Source: Octopus bimaculoides (taxonomy: Eukaryota). Taken from it: a stretch of DNA of 44,462 bases. The position numbers and the translations under genes are program-made. Each line of letters begins with the position of its first letter. The stretch's first letter is position 1. Under the pieces are notes generated by a model that searched no databases, was not told where the DNA came from, and saw only the letters and a program-made list of their open reading frames with translations. This document shows positions 23,326 to 33,780 of this stretch, one piece after another. The DNA lies in contig NC_068987.1 in the NCBI RefSeq assembly GCF_001194135.2, forward strand, positions 67,067,332-67,111,793, read 5' to 3'.

Positions 23326-26190
23326 CAATGTTAATTCTCTAAATTAGGTATTAACAGTAGCTGCACGATAAAGTGAAGTATATTGCCACTTAAATGTGGC
23401 TGACCTCTAGGGGTGGATGTTACTGTTGCTTTTAGCCCCAGGAGGACATCTCCTCCAGCTGGCTTATCGACACACTCATATATATATGAGAAGATGAGGT
23501 TTTCTCTCTAATTTCTTCCTTTTTCTTCTCTTTCAGTGACTACTTGTCGAAAAGCCTTAACCATTGTCTTGTCATTCATATTTTTCACAAAACCTTTCAC
23601 CATTCAGTAAGTGTTGTTTGCTTATATACTTGTTGGTTTCAGTCATTGAATTGCGACCATGCTGGGGCATTGCCTAGAAGTGTTTATTAGTCATTATGAT
23701 CAACTTATCCTATTGATCTTAATGTTTCAAATGGTTATGGCAACGAGCTGGCAGAATTGTTATTACTCCAGGCAAAATGCATAACAACATTTTGTCTGTC
23801 TTTATATTCTGAATTCAAATTCCACTGAGGTCCACTTTGCCTTTCAAAGTGGTATTTGAACTCAGAATATAAAGCTGGACAAAATGCCACTAAGCATTTG
23901 GCTTGGCATGATAATGATTCTGCCAGCTCATCACTTTACTATTGCTATAATATTAATGCCCTTTCATTGAGCCTGATGAAATGATAGGTGGTACATTGAC
24001 AGAGTTGGTAGAGCATGCAATGAAATGCTTTGCAGTATTCATTCAGACTTTCAACACTGGTTTCAAATACTTTTGAGGTCAACAGATGAAGTACAACTAA
24101 AGGATTATGAAGTATTGGAATTGTTAGAATGTCAAATAGGATGTCTCATAATATCTGTTGTGGCTCTTAGCACCCCTAGTTCAAATTCCATCTTGGCACC
24201 AATCCCTTGGTTTATTCATCTGATCATAGGACTCAATTATCATGTTGTTAGCCAATATAACTAGGCAGGCTTACAACTAGCACAGATAAGCTAGTAACAA
24301 CATTCTGAAGTTTCGTTCAATGGTGGATTGTAAAGCAGGTGAATGGAACTGAAGAAATAAGAAGTAGAGTGCATCTTGTTTGATTGCACTTTAAAATATA
24401 AAGGGACAAAATAATCTACTGGCACTGTATCATTTATCATTTTTGACAGCTCTTATACATTGTGATATTCATTATGTGCTTCAGAAGCAGCATTAGCTCA
24501 AAATAGCAATTTCAGTATCATACTCAATGCAGATATATCACTTAATGCTAAATTAACTGCAGTATTCATCCTATCAGAGATATTATCTTGGGATGAATAC
24601 TGCAGTTAATTTGGTTTACTGTGATGTATCTGCATTAAGTATGATATGCAGATTGCATTTACAATATTGATTTCTTTTAGAGTGGTGGATTGGCAGAATT
24701 TATGAAAGCAGTGGACAAAATATCATATCGTATTTAGTTATGTCTATATTATGACTTCAAGTCCAGCTAATCTTAGTCGTTCCTTCCAAGGTCCATAAAA
24801 TAAATATCAGTGATGTACTGGAATCACTATAAATGACTTATACACCTATTTACAAAAATGCCTGTCTTAGAAATCAGTATGAATTTCTTTCAACTAGATT
24901 CAATGCTTCAATACCAAGAAATATATAATCTCTGTGTATTACTGTTATTTGTATGTGTTAGCCTGGAGATAAAGCAGTAGGTGAGTCTAACACCACTACT
25001 TGGTCCTTAAATACCTTGAGTGGAGTTTGCCCTAGTGCAACCATTTGGATCAGATGTTTAGAGTAGGCATTAGCCCATTAGCAATATCAATATTAATTTC
25101 ACTTGTCCACTAGTACACACTGGTGAAATGAATGAAGCTAACATCCACTCTGAATATCTTTAGTTAAAAAATGATAGTTGAGTGGGAGCCTTACATTGTT
25201 CCCTGTTAATATTGCTTTATCTCCTATTAATCATATATTCACCATCATCATCTAGTGTACCTTGGCTATCAATGACTGTTATTGTTTTTTGCAAGATATA
25301 AAGTTATTAGTCTGTGTAATATCACTCTGCAGCAAGCACAACTCATTGTCAGCCGATTGGACTGGAGCAATGTGAAATGATGTGCCTTGCCCAAGTGCAC
25401 ATTGCACTGCCTGGCTTACATATCAAACCCATGATTTTACACTTGTGTGCCAAACTGTCCAACTACCAGCCATTAGCCTCCACACAACCATGCATTATAT
25501 ATGGGTAGGTGAAGTTACGTATGTACAATACAGTAAATGGTTAACTGGAGGTAATCAAACTTTTGTGTTGCCTCTGTTTAACTACAGATTGCGTTTTAAC
25601 ATTTCATAACCATCAGTAAACCTTAATTTAATCTCCTATTAACTACACATTACCTCCATTGTAACTATATGTTATCTCTTGTTAATCCTACTTTACATTT
25701 TGCTAACCTTATTTTAATCACCTTTTAACCTTAATTAAACCAAAATTGCTGCCTTTTAACCTTAGTATAAACTCTTGTTAACTCTACATTTACCTCCTAG
25801 TAACCTTATATTACCACTTGTTAACCACACTTTACCTCAGTTTACCTTATATAATTTCCTATTAACTATGTGTTACTACCACTTGCCAATATTACAATGC
25901 ATTCGATTTAACATCATCACCTTTCAACTTTATTTTAACTGCCTGTTAACCTTACATTAAACCCATTTATCTTACTTCACCTTTCTTTAACTATATATTA
26001 CATTCTGCAAATCTCATTTTCTTGTGTTTTTTACAGTTACCTCTGGTCTGGTCTTATTGTAATACTAGGAATCTTAATGAATATTTACAGCAAGAATCAT
26101 CAGAAATTCGAGATGAAAAGTTTTACACGCTTGTTAAAAGTGCTGTTTCGCCATAAAACCAAAACTGTGGGTTTGGAAAGAATCATTTAA
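9687..26190 (+). CDS. SLC35B3: SLC35B3/PAPST2 PAPS transporter, 5'-partial spliced CDS: join(9687-9808,13498-13652,15036-15143,16545-16642,18233-18325,<20462-20544,23537-23606,26037-26190)
   Basis: Hand-spliced translation gives ELIFRLDGFRPFGWYLTLLQF...GLSNSSMGYLNFPTQQIFKSCKLIPVMIGGIIIQGKRY...LCADAVIGNVQEK...GALVAVTVTTCRKALTIVLSFIFFTKPF, recognisable as SLC35B3 motifs from recalled vertebrate sequence. All visible junctions are GT-AG with matching phases. Confidence 0.96.
11027..11330 (+). mobile_element. SINE-like family E copy
   Basis: Highly similar to 1-275, ending in (GAT)n. Confidence 0.85.
12306..12362 (+). ncRNA. Type I hammerhead-like motif, intronic and sense to SLC35B3
   Basis: tgtct-caga-gtca CTGATGA g gtcaca gaatg tgtgat GAAA g aa c TT tgac-agaca. 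Stem I is 4+5 bp with a 4-nt bulge; the base of stem II is imperfect. Confidence 0.5.
12850..13035 (+). mobile_element. Family H module (cttggaaacagg...agaaaatctgcc...gacccatgcaagcatggaaagcgga)
   Basis: Similar modules at about 7290-7478, 9478-9600 and 5130-5225 (-); shares its 3' tail with family E. Confidence 0.65.
13498..13652 (+). CDS. SLC35B3: SLC35B3 exon (APLRTYSILAFISVATIGLSNSSMGYLNFPTQQIFKSCKLIPVMIGGIIIQ)
   Basis: Acceptor tgcag|A, donor G|gtaagc; 155 nt; contains the KLIPVM motif of SLC35B transporters. Confidence 0.96.
13910..13955 (-). ncRNA. Type I hammerhead ribozyme motif (G12->A degenerate)
   Basis: Minus strand reads gacac CTGATGA a ggctg gagagtatat cagcc AAAA ca TT gtgtt: stem I gacac/gtgtt, stem II ggctg/cagcc. 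Confidence 0.65.
14179..14221 (+). ncRNA. Type I hammerhead ribozyme motif (G5->A and stem III deletion; probably inactive)
   Basis: gacac CTAATGA a ggctg gaaggtatat cagcc GAAA t gtgtt. Confidence 0.55.
15036..15143 (+). CDS. SLC35B3: SLC35B3 exon (GKRYSFVDVIACISMCVGLALFTIADSTVSPNFNVY)
   Basis: Acceptor tttctttcag|GT, donor G|gtgagt; 108 nt; phases match neighbours. Confidence 0.95.
16545..16642 (+). CDS. SLC35B3: SLC35B3 exon (GIFIILLALCADAVIGNVQEKVLKKFNCSNIEM)
   Basis: Acceptor tttttgcag|GA, donor ATG|gtaaaa; 98 nt; contains ALCADAVIGNVQEK. Confidence 0.96.
16960..18000 (+). mobile_element. Decayed CR1/Jockey-like LINE reverse transcriptase fragment
   Basis: Frameshifted motifs KLFNLSLSTCLYSDHWK, IAITSIISKVIE, FVVAININKAF and HSYTDDS (YADD equivalent, near 17801). 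Confidence 0.75.
18233..18325 (+). CDS. SLC35B3: SLC35B3 exon (VLYSCSIGFLYILVGLIVTGNLLPAVHFCSE)
   Basis: Acceptor taatgcag|GTT, donor GAG|gtaagt; 93 nt, phase 0 at both ends. Confidence 0.94.
18790..19190. repeat. Degenerate (TCAC/TCAT)n pyrimidine-rich low-complexity tract
   Basis: Repeated cactcattc/ttcactc motifs. Confidence 0.85.
19340..19632 (+). repeat. 61-62-bp tandem array, about 5 units, running into the gap
   Basis: ttcga(g/a)cg recurs at 19388, 19449, 19511 and 19573; the same unit is present at the 5' end of family E copies. Confidence 0.9.
19655..20461. other. Assembly gap (807 N); smaller gaps near 1478, 14071, 41616 and 42766
   Basis: N runs. Confidence 1.
20462..20544 (+). 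CDS. SLC35B3: SLC35B3 exon, 5' end hidden in the N gap (IFSVAGYLGLISVLTLVKSFGALVAVT)
   Basis: Open frame directly after the gap, donor ACAG|gtgagt; matches the recalled FSLTGYFGISFVLALIKIFGALIAVT segment. Confidence 0.92.
20940..21305 (-). mobile_element. SINE-like family E copy
   Basis: Reverse complement of the family E core and tail, with degenerate 61-bp units at its 5' end. Confidence 0.85.
21862..22125 (+). mobile_element. Family E copy with 4-5 units of about 25 bp (aaaagcacccatgc.ggtgccacat) at its 5' end
   Basis: Core ttggtgttaggaagggcatccagctgtagaaac, (GAT)n tail. Confidence 0.75.
22385..22719 (-). mobile_element. tRNA-derived SINE family F, apparently nested in an older repeat
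   Basis: Colinear with 1127-1464; near-TSD ctaggaca (22371-22378) / ctaaggaca (22719-22727). Confidence 0.85.
22997..23213. mobile_element. piggyBac-like MITE
   Basis: TTAA|CCCTTTTGTGAC...GGTGATGAAAGAG|TTAT; CCC..G(A)G ends with a TTAA-type target. Confidence 0.65.
23537..23606 (+). CDS. SLC35B3: SLC35B3 exon (VTTCRKALTIVLSFIFFTKPFTI)
   Basis: Acceptor tctctttcag|TG, donor CA|gtaagt; 70 nt; contains the TTxRKxxTIxLS motif. Confidence 0.96.
25570..26010. repeat. Degenerate TTAACC/TTACC-rich tandem array
   Basis: Recurrent ttaacc, gttaac and ttacc motifs at roughly 20-nt spacing; G-poor on the + strand. Confidence 0.65.
26037..26190 (+). CDS. SLC35B3: SLC35B3 last coding exon (HYLWSGLIVILGILMNIYSKNHQKFEMKSFTRLLKVLFRHKTKTVGLERII*)
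   Basis: Acceptor ttttttacag|T; YLWSGLIVILGI..NIYSKN resembles the last TM segment; TAA at 26188-26190. Confidence 0.93.
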
Positions 26191-26857
26191 AGATATTGCA
26201 GCTGTGATATGATACATTATTCATCAACGTTGAAAGAAAAATCATTTTTACTTTTACTGTAATTCATAGACATGTTTCTTTTTAATTGTTTATTTTTTTA
26301 TTATTATTATTTTTTTTTTGGTGGGTGTGACATTTGTATTCATTTCTAATTTATGGTGTATTCCTTTCTTAGAAAGATATATAAGTTTCAAATAATCATT
26401 TCAAGTATGTTGTGTTAGTTTGGAAAGAAATTTTATCAAAAATCATACATTGAAGTTGAATCAATTACATTATAGTAGATGAAAATGTTGTAAATAATAT
26501 CCATCTAAAACATATACACATATACCATTATATCCACTTTCGTTTATTTTGTAATAATAATATATATTTGATATCTAATAATATATAATTCTATTACAAA
26601 ATATGGTGTACAATGAAAGATTTTGATATCTAATAATTTGTCTATGAAAGTATTTGTTTCCTACTCATAGCTGACTGGTTCATGATAGAAAGGGCCAGAG
26701 TCTCATGCTATAAAAGAGCTGTTAACCTAAAAAAAAAATCATTTCACCCATACAGGCATGGAATAATGGATGTTAAACACTAATATATAAATTTAGAATG
26801 GAAATGTTGAAGCAATGAGAAATATGCAAATGAGTATTTTTTAACAGTTTGTTTTGA

Positions 26858-26863
26858 AATAAA
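26858..26863 (+). promoter_or_regulatory. Candidate polyadenylation signal AATAAA for SLC35B3
   Basis: Canonical AATAAA about 670 nt after the stop codon. It can occur by chance in AT-rich DNA. Confidence 0.3.
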
Positions 26864-27315
26864 CTCGGCTACATTAGTTTAAAGACTCTTTGGATGGAAA
26901 ATGGTAAGATGAAAGCTTTTAGTTTGGCGGCAGGAAGATTGGGATTGATTTAGTGTAGTTAGTAGCATTCCTGTTTCAGTTTTAGATGATGTAGAGTTTG
27001 AGTCCTGCTAACAGCTTTCCATCATTTGTCAACTCAAGGTGGTTTTCACGTAATGTGTTGCAAGATCTTACAGCTGAATTCTCTTTGAGATACATCATTG
27101 ATTAAGGTTTATTTATTTATATGTGTGTGTGTGTGTGTGTGTGTGCATGTGTGTAGGTGTGTGTGTGTGGACTGATATATGGGCCTGTGGTTAAAAAGTT
27201 TGCTTCATAACCATATGGTTTCAGTTTTGTTCTTACTTTGTGGAATGATGGGTAGGTTTTTTTCTCTGATAGCTTCAAGGAATTGGTTGATAGAAACTCT
27301 AGAAAACCTATTTTA

Positions 27316-27363
<48 letters not shown>

Positions 27364-27366
<3 letters not shown>

Positions 27367-27815
27367 GGTGACTAGCTGGCAGAATTGTTAGTACACTAGA
27401 TAAAATGCAGCTAGCAGCATTTTGCCCATTTTTATCTTCTGAGTTCAAATTCCACCAATGTCAACTTTGCCTTTCATCTTTTTGGAGTTGATAAGATAAT
27501 TACCAGTTGAACACTAGGGTCGATGTAATTGACTTACCTCCTCTCCCAAAATTGCTGGCCTTTTGCCAAAATTTGAAACCATTATTATTATTAAGGTGGC
27601 GAGCTGGCAGAATTCTTAGCACATTGGATAAAATGCTGAGCTGTATTTCTTTTGGCTCATTATGTTCTGAGTTCAAAGTCTGCTGAGATCAATTTGCCTC
27701 TCATGCTTTTGGAGTCAATAGAATAACAATTGAGATCTCTCGGGTAAATGTAATCAACTCCCCTTCACCGTCAAAATTGTTGACCTTGTACCCATAATAG
27801 AAAGGATTATTATTA
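27364..27815 (+). mobile_element. Two head-to-tail SINE family A copies
   Basis: Two heads (about 27364 and 27592), each preceded by (ATT)n. Confidence 0.8.
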
Positions 27816-28139
27816 CTATTAAAATAATAGGATTCCTTCAGATCCAGACTATCACCTCAGTAGCATTTCATGTGAGTATTTGGTTAATGTAGTGCTGAAA
27901 GAGGTGTATCAACAGTACTCCTCATTAATCAACTAATTAATTAATTAATTAATAATGAAGCACTCTGCAAATCCAAAGAGTGTGTAGCAACAAATTGTAG
28001 TACATTTATCGCAGAGTAAATAATGATAAAAGAATTTGGAATAAAAATGATTTCCTTTACATGACAATTGTTTCCATGAGATTACTCACTTTGTACATGT
28101 AACAAATTAGTAAATAAATAACCATGCTTGCTTCATGCC

Positions 28140-28596
28140 CTTGCTTGATGGGGCTGGGGTCGTCCCAGATTAGTAGTCCTAGAGGCATCATCATGCATAG
28201 GGCCTATCAGATCCAATGGTATTCTCCATTGCTGGCAGTTCTGTGCCAGCCCCTCTACATCCTCCAAGGGGATGTCAAGCTTCTGGAAATTATTCTCAAT
28301 GATGTCTAGCCATCTGGTGTGGGGCCTGCAATGAGGCCTCTTCCAGGCTGCAACTACTGTGTCGAATGAAAGTGAAGTCCTGGTAGGATGACCTAGTGGG
28401 AGATGGAGGGCATTGCTGTACTAGCACATGCAACAGATATGAGGTGGGAGGCTGTGGGCTTGTGTGTGCATGCATGCAGTTCTTTGTTAGGAACTTGATG
28501 GTACCATCTGATGTTCTTGATCATTCTCAGGATTCTGCTATCAGAGCTGTTGATCCTCTTTGCCAGAGTCATTGAGAGGGGCCATGTTTCTGCTCC
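28140..28596 (-). mobile_element. RTE-clade LINE 3' ORF remnant
   Basis: Minus strand reads GAETWPLSMTLAKRINSSDSRILRMIKNIRWYHQVPNKELHACTHKP, typical of the post-RT C-terminal region of RTE elements. Confidence 0.75.
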
Positions 28597-29449
28597 TTAA
28601 AGGAAATAATAATCATGTAAAGAAAATGGTCATCTTTCCTTATTCATTTATATATTATGTCATAATGAAAACCACAAGTCTTGTGCATTGTGGTGCCAGA
28701 TACTTACATTGTAGGGCACTTGACTGTACTGGCTAAGCTTTGCCAATCTCGAGAAGGATCTGCGATGGTCACTCCAGTATGGTAGCAATAAATTTTGTGG
28801 TAAGGCTTCAACAAATATAATAGCACTCAATCAGTTAAGAGAGTAAAGATAATGTTTTAATGAAAATCAAAGTCTTGTGCATTGTGACACAGGGTACTTG
28901 AATCATAGAGTGCTTGAGTGTACTGGCTAAGCTTTGCCAGTCTTAAGAATAATCTGCAATGGTCACTCCAGTATGGTAGCAATAAATTGTGTGATAAGGC
29001 TTCAACAAGGAGAATAGCACTGGAGTAAACATTGCAGATTCTTCTTAAGATTGGCGAAGCTTAGTCGGTACAGTTGGGTGCTCTATGATGCAAGTATCTT
29101 GCACCCCAAAGCACAGAGATTGTGGTTTTCATTATAACTTCATCTTTATTCTCTTAGGTGATCGACTGCTGTCCTACTTGTTGAGGCCTTACCACACTCT
29201 GTGGGGGTAAGGGTGGGGTTTATGTTTGTGTCTTCCTATTGTCCTGACATTGTATGTAATATTGGTAGTGACATTGTGTAGATGGTGTTATTGTTTAAAC
29301 CAACTGCAAAATGAAGTATGCAGCTATATCATTTATTTAACATCCATGTTCCATGCTAGTTAAAACAGATTTTTGAAAATGTTCCCATAACTTGAAACAT
29401 CATAGATGCATTACCTCTGTACTGCAAAGAAAGTTTTTAGGCAGTTGCT

Positions 29450-30050
29450 CAACCTGTTAAAAATAGCAGCCAAATTTTCCTCAAATCATACACAATCTTT
29501 TTATGAAAATGGCACATTGGACAATGTAGTTCTAGGTACATTGTCTGAAAGAATATCAGATGATCGAGTTTAAAATGCTTTGATCTCTGGTCTTTTCCAT
29601 TAGAACTAACATGAAGATAAACAATCAGTATTTTCACAAAAGATGTGCTTTAGGTTTCTCTGAGAAATCCCATATTCTTTACACGACCACTATATTGCTG
29701 AATTTGAAGTTCAGTTTTTTTTTTGCTTCCATAAAATGGAATTTTTATTGTAATCATTTACTAGAAATGGTAGTTTCCTTTGTAGTAAGTTATCTGGTGC
29801 AATACACTTTTTCACAACTATCCTTTATGCATGGTAGTAACTTCCCACTTTTTACTGAGATTACTTCCAAGTGTTCCATTTAGGGTGTGAAGCAGTCCAC
29901 CACTTGATTGATGTTTCCTATTAGTACACAACCAAGCTCCTCTCATTAATTTTTTTCTATTTTAATGATCATTGCAGTTCAGAGTTTCTCAACGTGTACG
30001 GAGTTAATCATCACCTTTTCCAAATTAATAAACTTACTAATGTGTCGGGG
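29450..30050 (-). mobile_element. Possible highly decayed mariner transposase remnant
   Basis: Scattered frameshifted hints: EELGC, NLLQRKLPFL..MIT, LIFFQ/DNVPR. Confidence 0.3.
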
Positions 30051-30073
30051 TATTTTTTCTGTCATTTGTGCCT

Positions 30074-30113
<40 letters not shown>

Positions 30114-30201
30114 AATACTTTTTGGGAACCATTTCTAAAAGAATCATTTCACATTCTCTTGATGTTTCTGAATTTTTATAACACTAACTACATACATGCA
30201 T

Positions 30202-30243
<42 letters not shown>

Positions 30244-30299
30244 GTAGAGAGAGGAAGAGAGATATTGGGTACTTGTGAATTAAAACAGCTGCCACTCTT

Positions 30300-30900
30300 T
30301 TTCAATTTTATGCCATACATTTTGGTGCAGACTGTAACAACAGCATAGAATACCTCATTGAAGGATGTGATATTTAGTTAGTTTTTGTTTATGATGGTTT
30401 TGAGGGCCATGTTCACCTGGCTTATTTTGTATTTTTTTTTCCTGCTATGAATCTTAGGAAGGTCACTGTGAGCCTTCATGTCCATATTTTGGACTTTGAT
30501 CCATTCAGCCATTATCTGTTCTTCAAGTTCTCTCAGGTACCTTGTCTTGTTACCAATATTATTTATTTTCTCTAAATTGTTGTTAGTCTCTTCAGTATGC
30601 TCATCTGCAATGGTTTGATCATCAGGAAGAGTATTTTGGTTGTTTCTTGTTGTGTGTCATGTTTACTTCTTCCTGCAAAGATTTTTCTTCTATAACTCTG
30701 GCACAGTTCTTGTCTGTTAATTTGCAAATTGTAAATGCTGGGTTGTTTCTTAGATCTAATTTTACATTCTTTTATTTTGTCAATTTTGATATCAGCTTAC
30801 AGTTTTCATCTTATGATATTTCTTTGCACATTTGTAAACTTGTTGCTGTTTAGGTTTAGTCCTATGTTAGGAGTCTTTTTTTCTCCAGTGAGAGAAAAGA
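30300..30900 (-). mobile_element. Possible R4/Dong-like LINE N-terminal ORF remnant
   Basis: Minus strand YLRELEEQIMAEWIKVQNMDMKAHSDLPKI, then (frameshift) NITSFNEVFYAVVTVCTKMYGIK, resembling the pre-RT region of R4-clade elements; recalled similarity only. Confidence 0.45.
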
Positions 30901-30956
30901 ATCCTAATATAGGACAAAGAATCCTTGTTCAGTGTTTAAGCTGTCTTATTATTATT

Positions 30957-31430
30957 TAAGGTGGTGTGCTGGCAGAATTGTTAGCATTCCAGGCGAAATG
31001 ATTAGCAGTATTTTGTCTGTGTTCATGTTCTGAGGTTGACTTTGCCTTTCATCCTTTCAGTATTGATATGTAAATACTAGTTACGCACTGGAGTTGATAC
31101 AATTGACACATTCTCACCCCTGAAATTGCTGCCCTTGTGGCAAAATTTGAAACCATTATTATTATTGTTGTTGTTGTGCTGTTGCTGCTGCTGTTGTTGT
31201 TTAAGGTGGCAAGCTGGCAGAATCGTTAGCATGCCAGGTGAAATGCTTAGCAGGATTCTGTCTGTCTTCACGTTCTGAGTTCAAATTCTGCTGAGGTCGA
31301 CTTTGCCTTTTATCCTTTCAGGGTCGATAAAATAAGTACCAGTTGAACATTGGGGTTGATGTAATCAACTTATCCCCTCCCCCAAATTTGCTGCCCTTGT
31401 GGCAAAAATTGAAACCATTATTATTATTAT
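30957..31430 (+). mobile_element. Two head-to-tail SINE family A copies
   Basis: Heads at about 30957 and 31200, separated by an ATT/GTT/GCT microsatellite. Confidence 0.8.
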
Positions 31431-32349
31431 TAAGTGGATGAAAGTTACAAAGGTGACTCAAGGACAGAGTTTCATACACAACACTTATCAAACTTGAGTT
31501 ACTTCTCTAACTTTATGCCAATTAAAAATAATAATAAAATCTATTTACTCCTGAATTGTATTCTGTTTACCCTGTTTATTAAACGAAATTTATATACATG
31601 CACACACACACACACACACACTAGGAGAGAAAGAGAGAGACATGACCTGTTTATTCACTACTAGTAAATATGTCATCACTCTTTTCCCTTTCTTTCTCTC
31701 CCTCTCTCTCTCTCTCTCTCTTACACACACGCAAATGTTTATTTGTGAACCATTAGGCCACTATCATCTTCAGACAAAATATTTTACTCTGCTTTCCATT
31801 TGATTTTTACTTACTATTTTGTTGGTACAGACCATTCCTAATTTTCTTAGATTCTACCGTTTCACCTGTAAGGAATTTAATTTTGATCTCTCATTGCTGT
31901 GTTTATCAACTCATTCTTTCACTAATTTCTATCTTTCTCTCTCACAACTATCAACAAATGTTTTCAACCAGTCTTAAAAAGAAGAAAACGAATCTTCCAT
32001 GAAGTAATGGCATTTTAAATATGTTAAAAATAAACAAGAGAAGACATGAATCCCTGTTGGGTTGTTTTCAGTTGAGGCACAGTAAACAAACACAGATGGT
32101 TGTGAAGCTGTATAGGAGAGAGCATCCTAGAGCAGCATGTTTATAGTGAAGTTATTTCGCTATGTTAGCACTGCTTACTAATAATGATGGTAATAAGATT
32201 GTGAAATGTATAAACATGACAACATATCTTAGTCGCCTCCATTTTCCTAAAACTTGCTTTCTACCAAAAATTTTCCATGGGCTGAGAGATCATGCACATG
32301 ACAAAACATAATAAATTGCATATTATATAATTTAATTATTACATATATA

Positions 32350-33075
32350 CGAGGTGTTTAGTAACAGACTGTTGTAAGTGCCACAACATAAAAACTGAGA
32401 AAAATGCAGTCAAAGTTTCGTGACTTTCAGAATGTGATATTTTGGCAAGGAATGAAGTTAGGAAGCTGGTTTTGGTCTTAAAATGACTGTGAAGACCTCT
32501 GCTAGTCATTCCACCTATTTATCTATGCATCTGAAAGATGAAACTGACTGCTTTTTTTCTCATCTTGAAGAATATACTGGTACTATGAAACGGTGTATCG
32601 CATTGTATATTTTAGCCATAATACCTAGAAAAAAACATACAGAGACCCCATCCCCAAAGGTATTGTTTGTGTTTTAATATACTAAGGTATATCTTTAAGA
32701 GGTAATTAAGACACTAGTCCATTAGTCAGACATAGTAAGATAATAGCCCATTATCATTATGATGGTAACAAGGAATATTAGAAAATGAGCCATAACACCT
32801 CGAAAAATGATACAGGGACCACACTAAAGTTATTGATTGAGAGTGTGTGCTTACAATGGTGTATTACTATGCTCTCTAGCCCAAGTTTGGGTGAGCAAGC
32901 AATGTGTCAATAGCGTTGAGGTACAACTTTTTACAGCCGGATTTTCGACCTTATTGCAAGCCTCACCAGTTCGTCCAACTTTTTCAGATTCTAGATGTTG
33001 AGACAAAGAAAATAATATACTCACCTTGAAAATGGCTAGGGTGGCGCTTATGACATTCTGTTACTAAACACCTCA
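32350..33075. mobile_element. mariner-type non-autonomous DNA transposon
   Basis: TA|CGAGGTGTTTAGTAACAG...CTGTTACTAAACACCTCA|TA; 35-bp TIRs match at 30/35 positions. Confidence 0.85.
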
Positions 33076-33100
33076 TATATGATGCAAAATCACCCTGCAG

Positions 33101-33230
33101 CAGTGTTCTGCAACTGCTATGCCGCAGTGTAACCTGAATGTAATTTTTTCCCTATACTTTTAGTTCAGGTGTGCCGTCGAATTTTGAAAAGAATATGTGT
33201 ACTGCAGGTGGAAAAAGTTGCAGAGCACTG
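33101..33230. mobile_element. hAT-like MITE
   Basis: TIR cagtg(t/c)tctgcaact; flanking 8-mers ccctgcag / tcctacag (6/8) fit a decayed 8-bp TSD. Confidence 0.7.
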
Positions 33231-33467
33231 TCCTACAGACAGTCATTAGTCTATAAAATAGAAATATTAAAATACTTATTCTTTCTGTGTGGCCTAGTAC
33301 CAAATAATTCATAGTCTGGTATTTATCTTTAGACTATTACTTGGGGTACCCTGGTCTAGCAGATAAATCACAAATAATTTAATATTTAATTTGCTCGAAT
33401 AGTATTTTCATGCTGCAACAATGATAATTAGTTGACATTCAAAGATTAATATTTTCCTAGAGTCACT

Positions 33468-33780
33468 AATTAAAATCCAGAAAATGGAGAAGTAGCATTA
33501 ATATGATTTATTAACTGCAAAAATTCAACATGTTCACTTACAGCTGTTTCAATTTTGCCCAAAAGAATTAAGTCTTTTGAGATGTTTTGGAAGAATAACA
33601 TGTAATAACCTAATGATATATCTATTTTACTCCTCTGACAAGATTTTGCCCAATAAAATGTGTTAATTACTGGAATTTAATTCTTTTGGGCAAAATTGAA
33701 ACAGCTGTAAGTGAACATGTTGAATTTTTGCAGTTAATAAACTATATTAACGCTACTTCTCCATTTTCTGGATTTTAATT
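33468..33780. mobile_element. Fold-back element: about 104-bp near-perfect inverted arms with a 105-nt spacer
   Basis: 33468-33571 is the reverse complement of 33677-33780 with only a few differences. Confidence 0.8.

Noticed and set aside
18242-26037. Cys and His at positions recalled as Tyr and Gln in vertebrate SLC35B3, as possible RNA-editing sites
   Set aside because: A-to-I editing cannot convert genomic TGT to TAT or CAT to CAG; ordinary divergence is sufficient.
32930-32975. Minus-strand CTGGTGA...GAAA hammerhead-like motif
   Set aside because: A6 is mutated and no stem I pairing was found.
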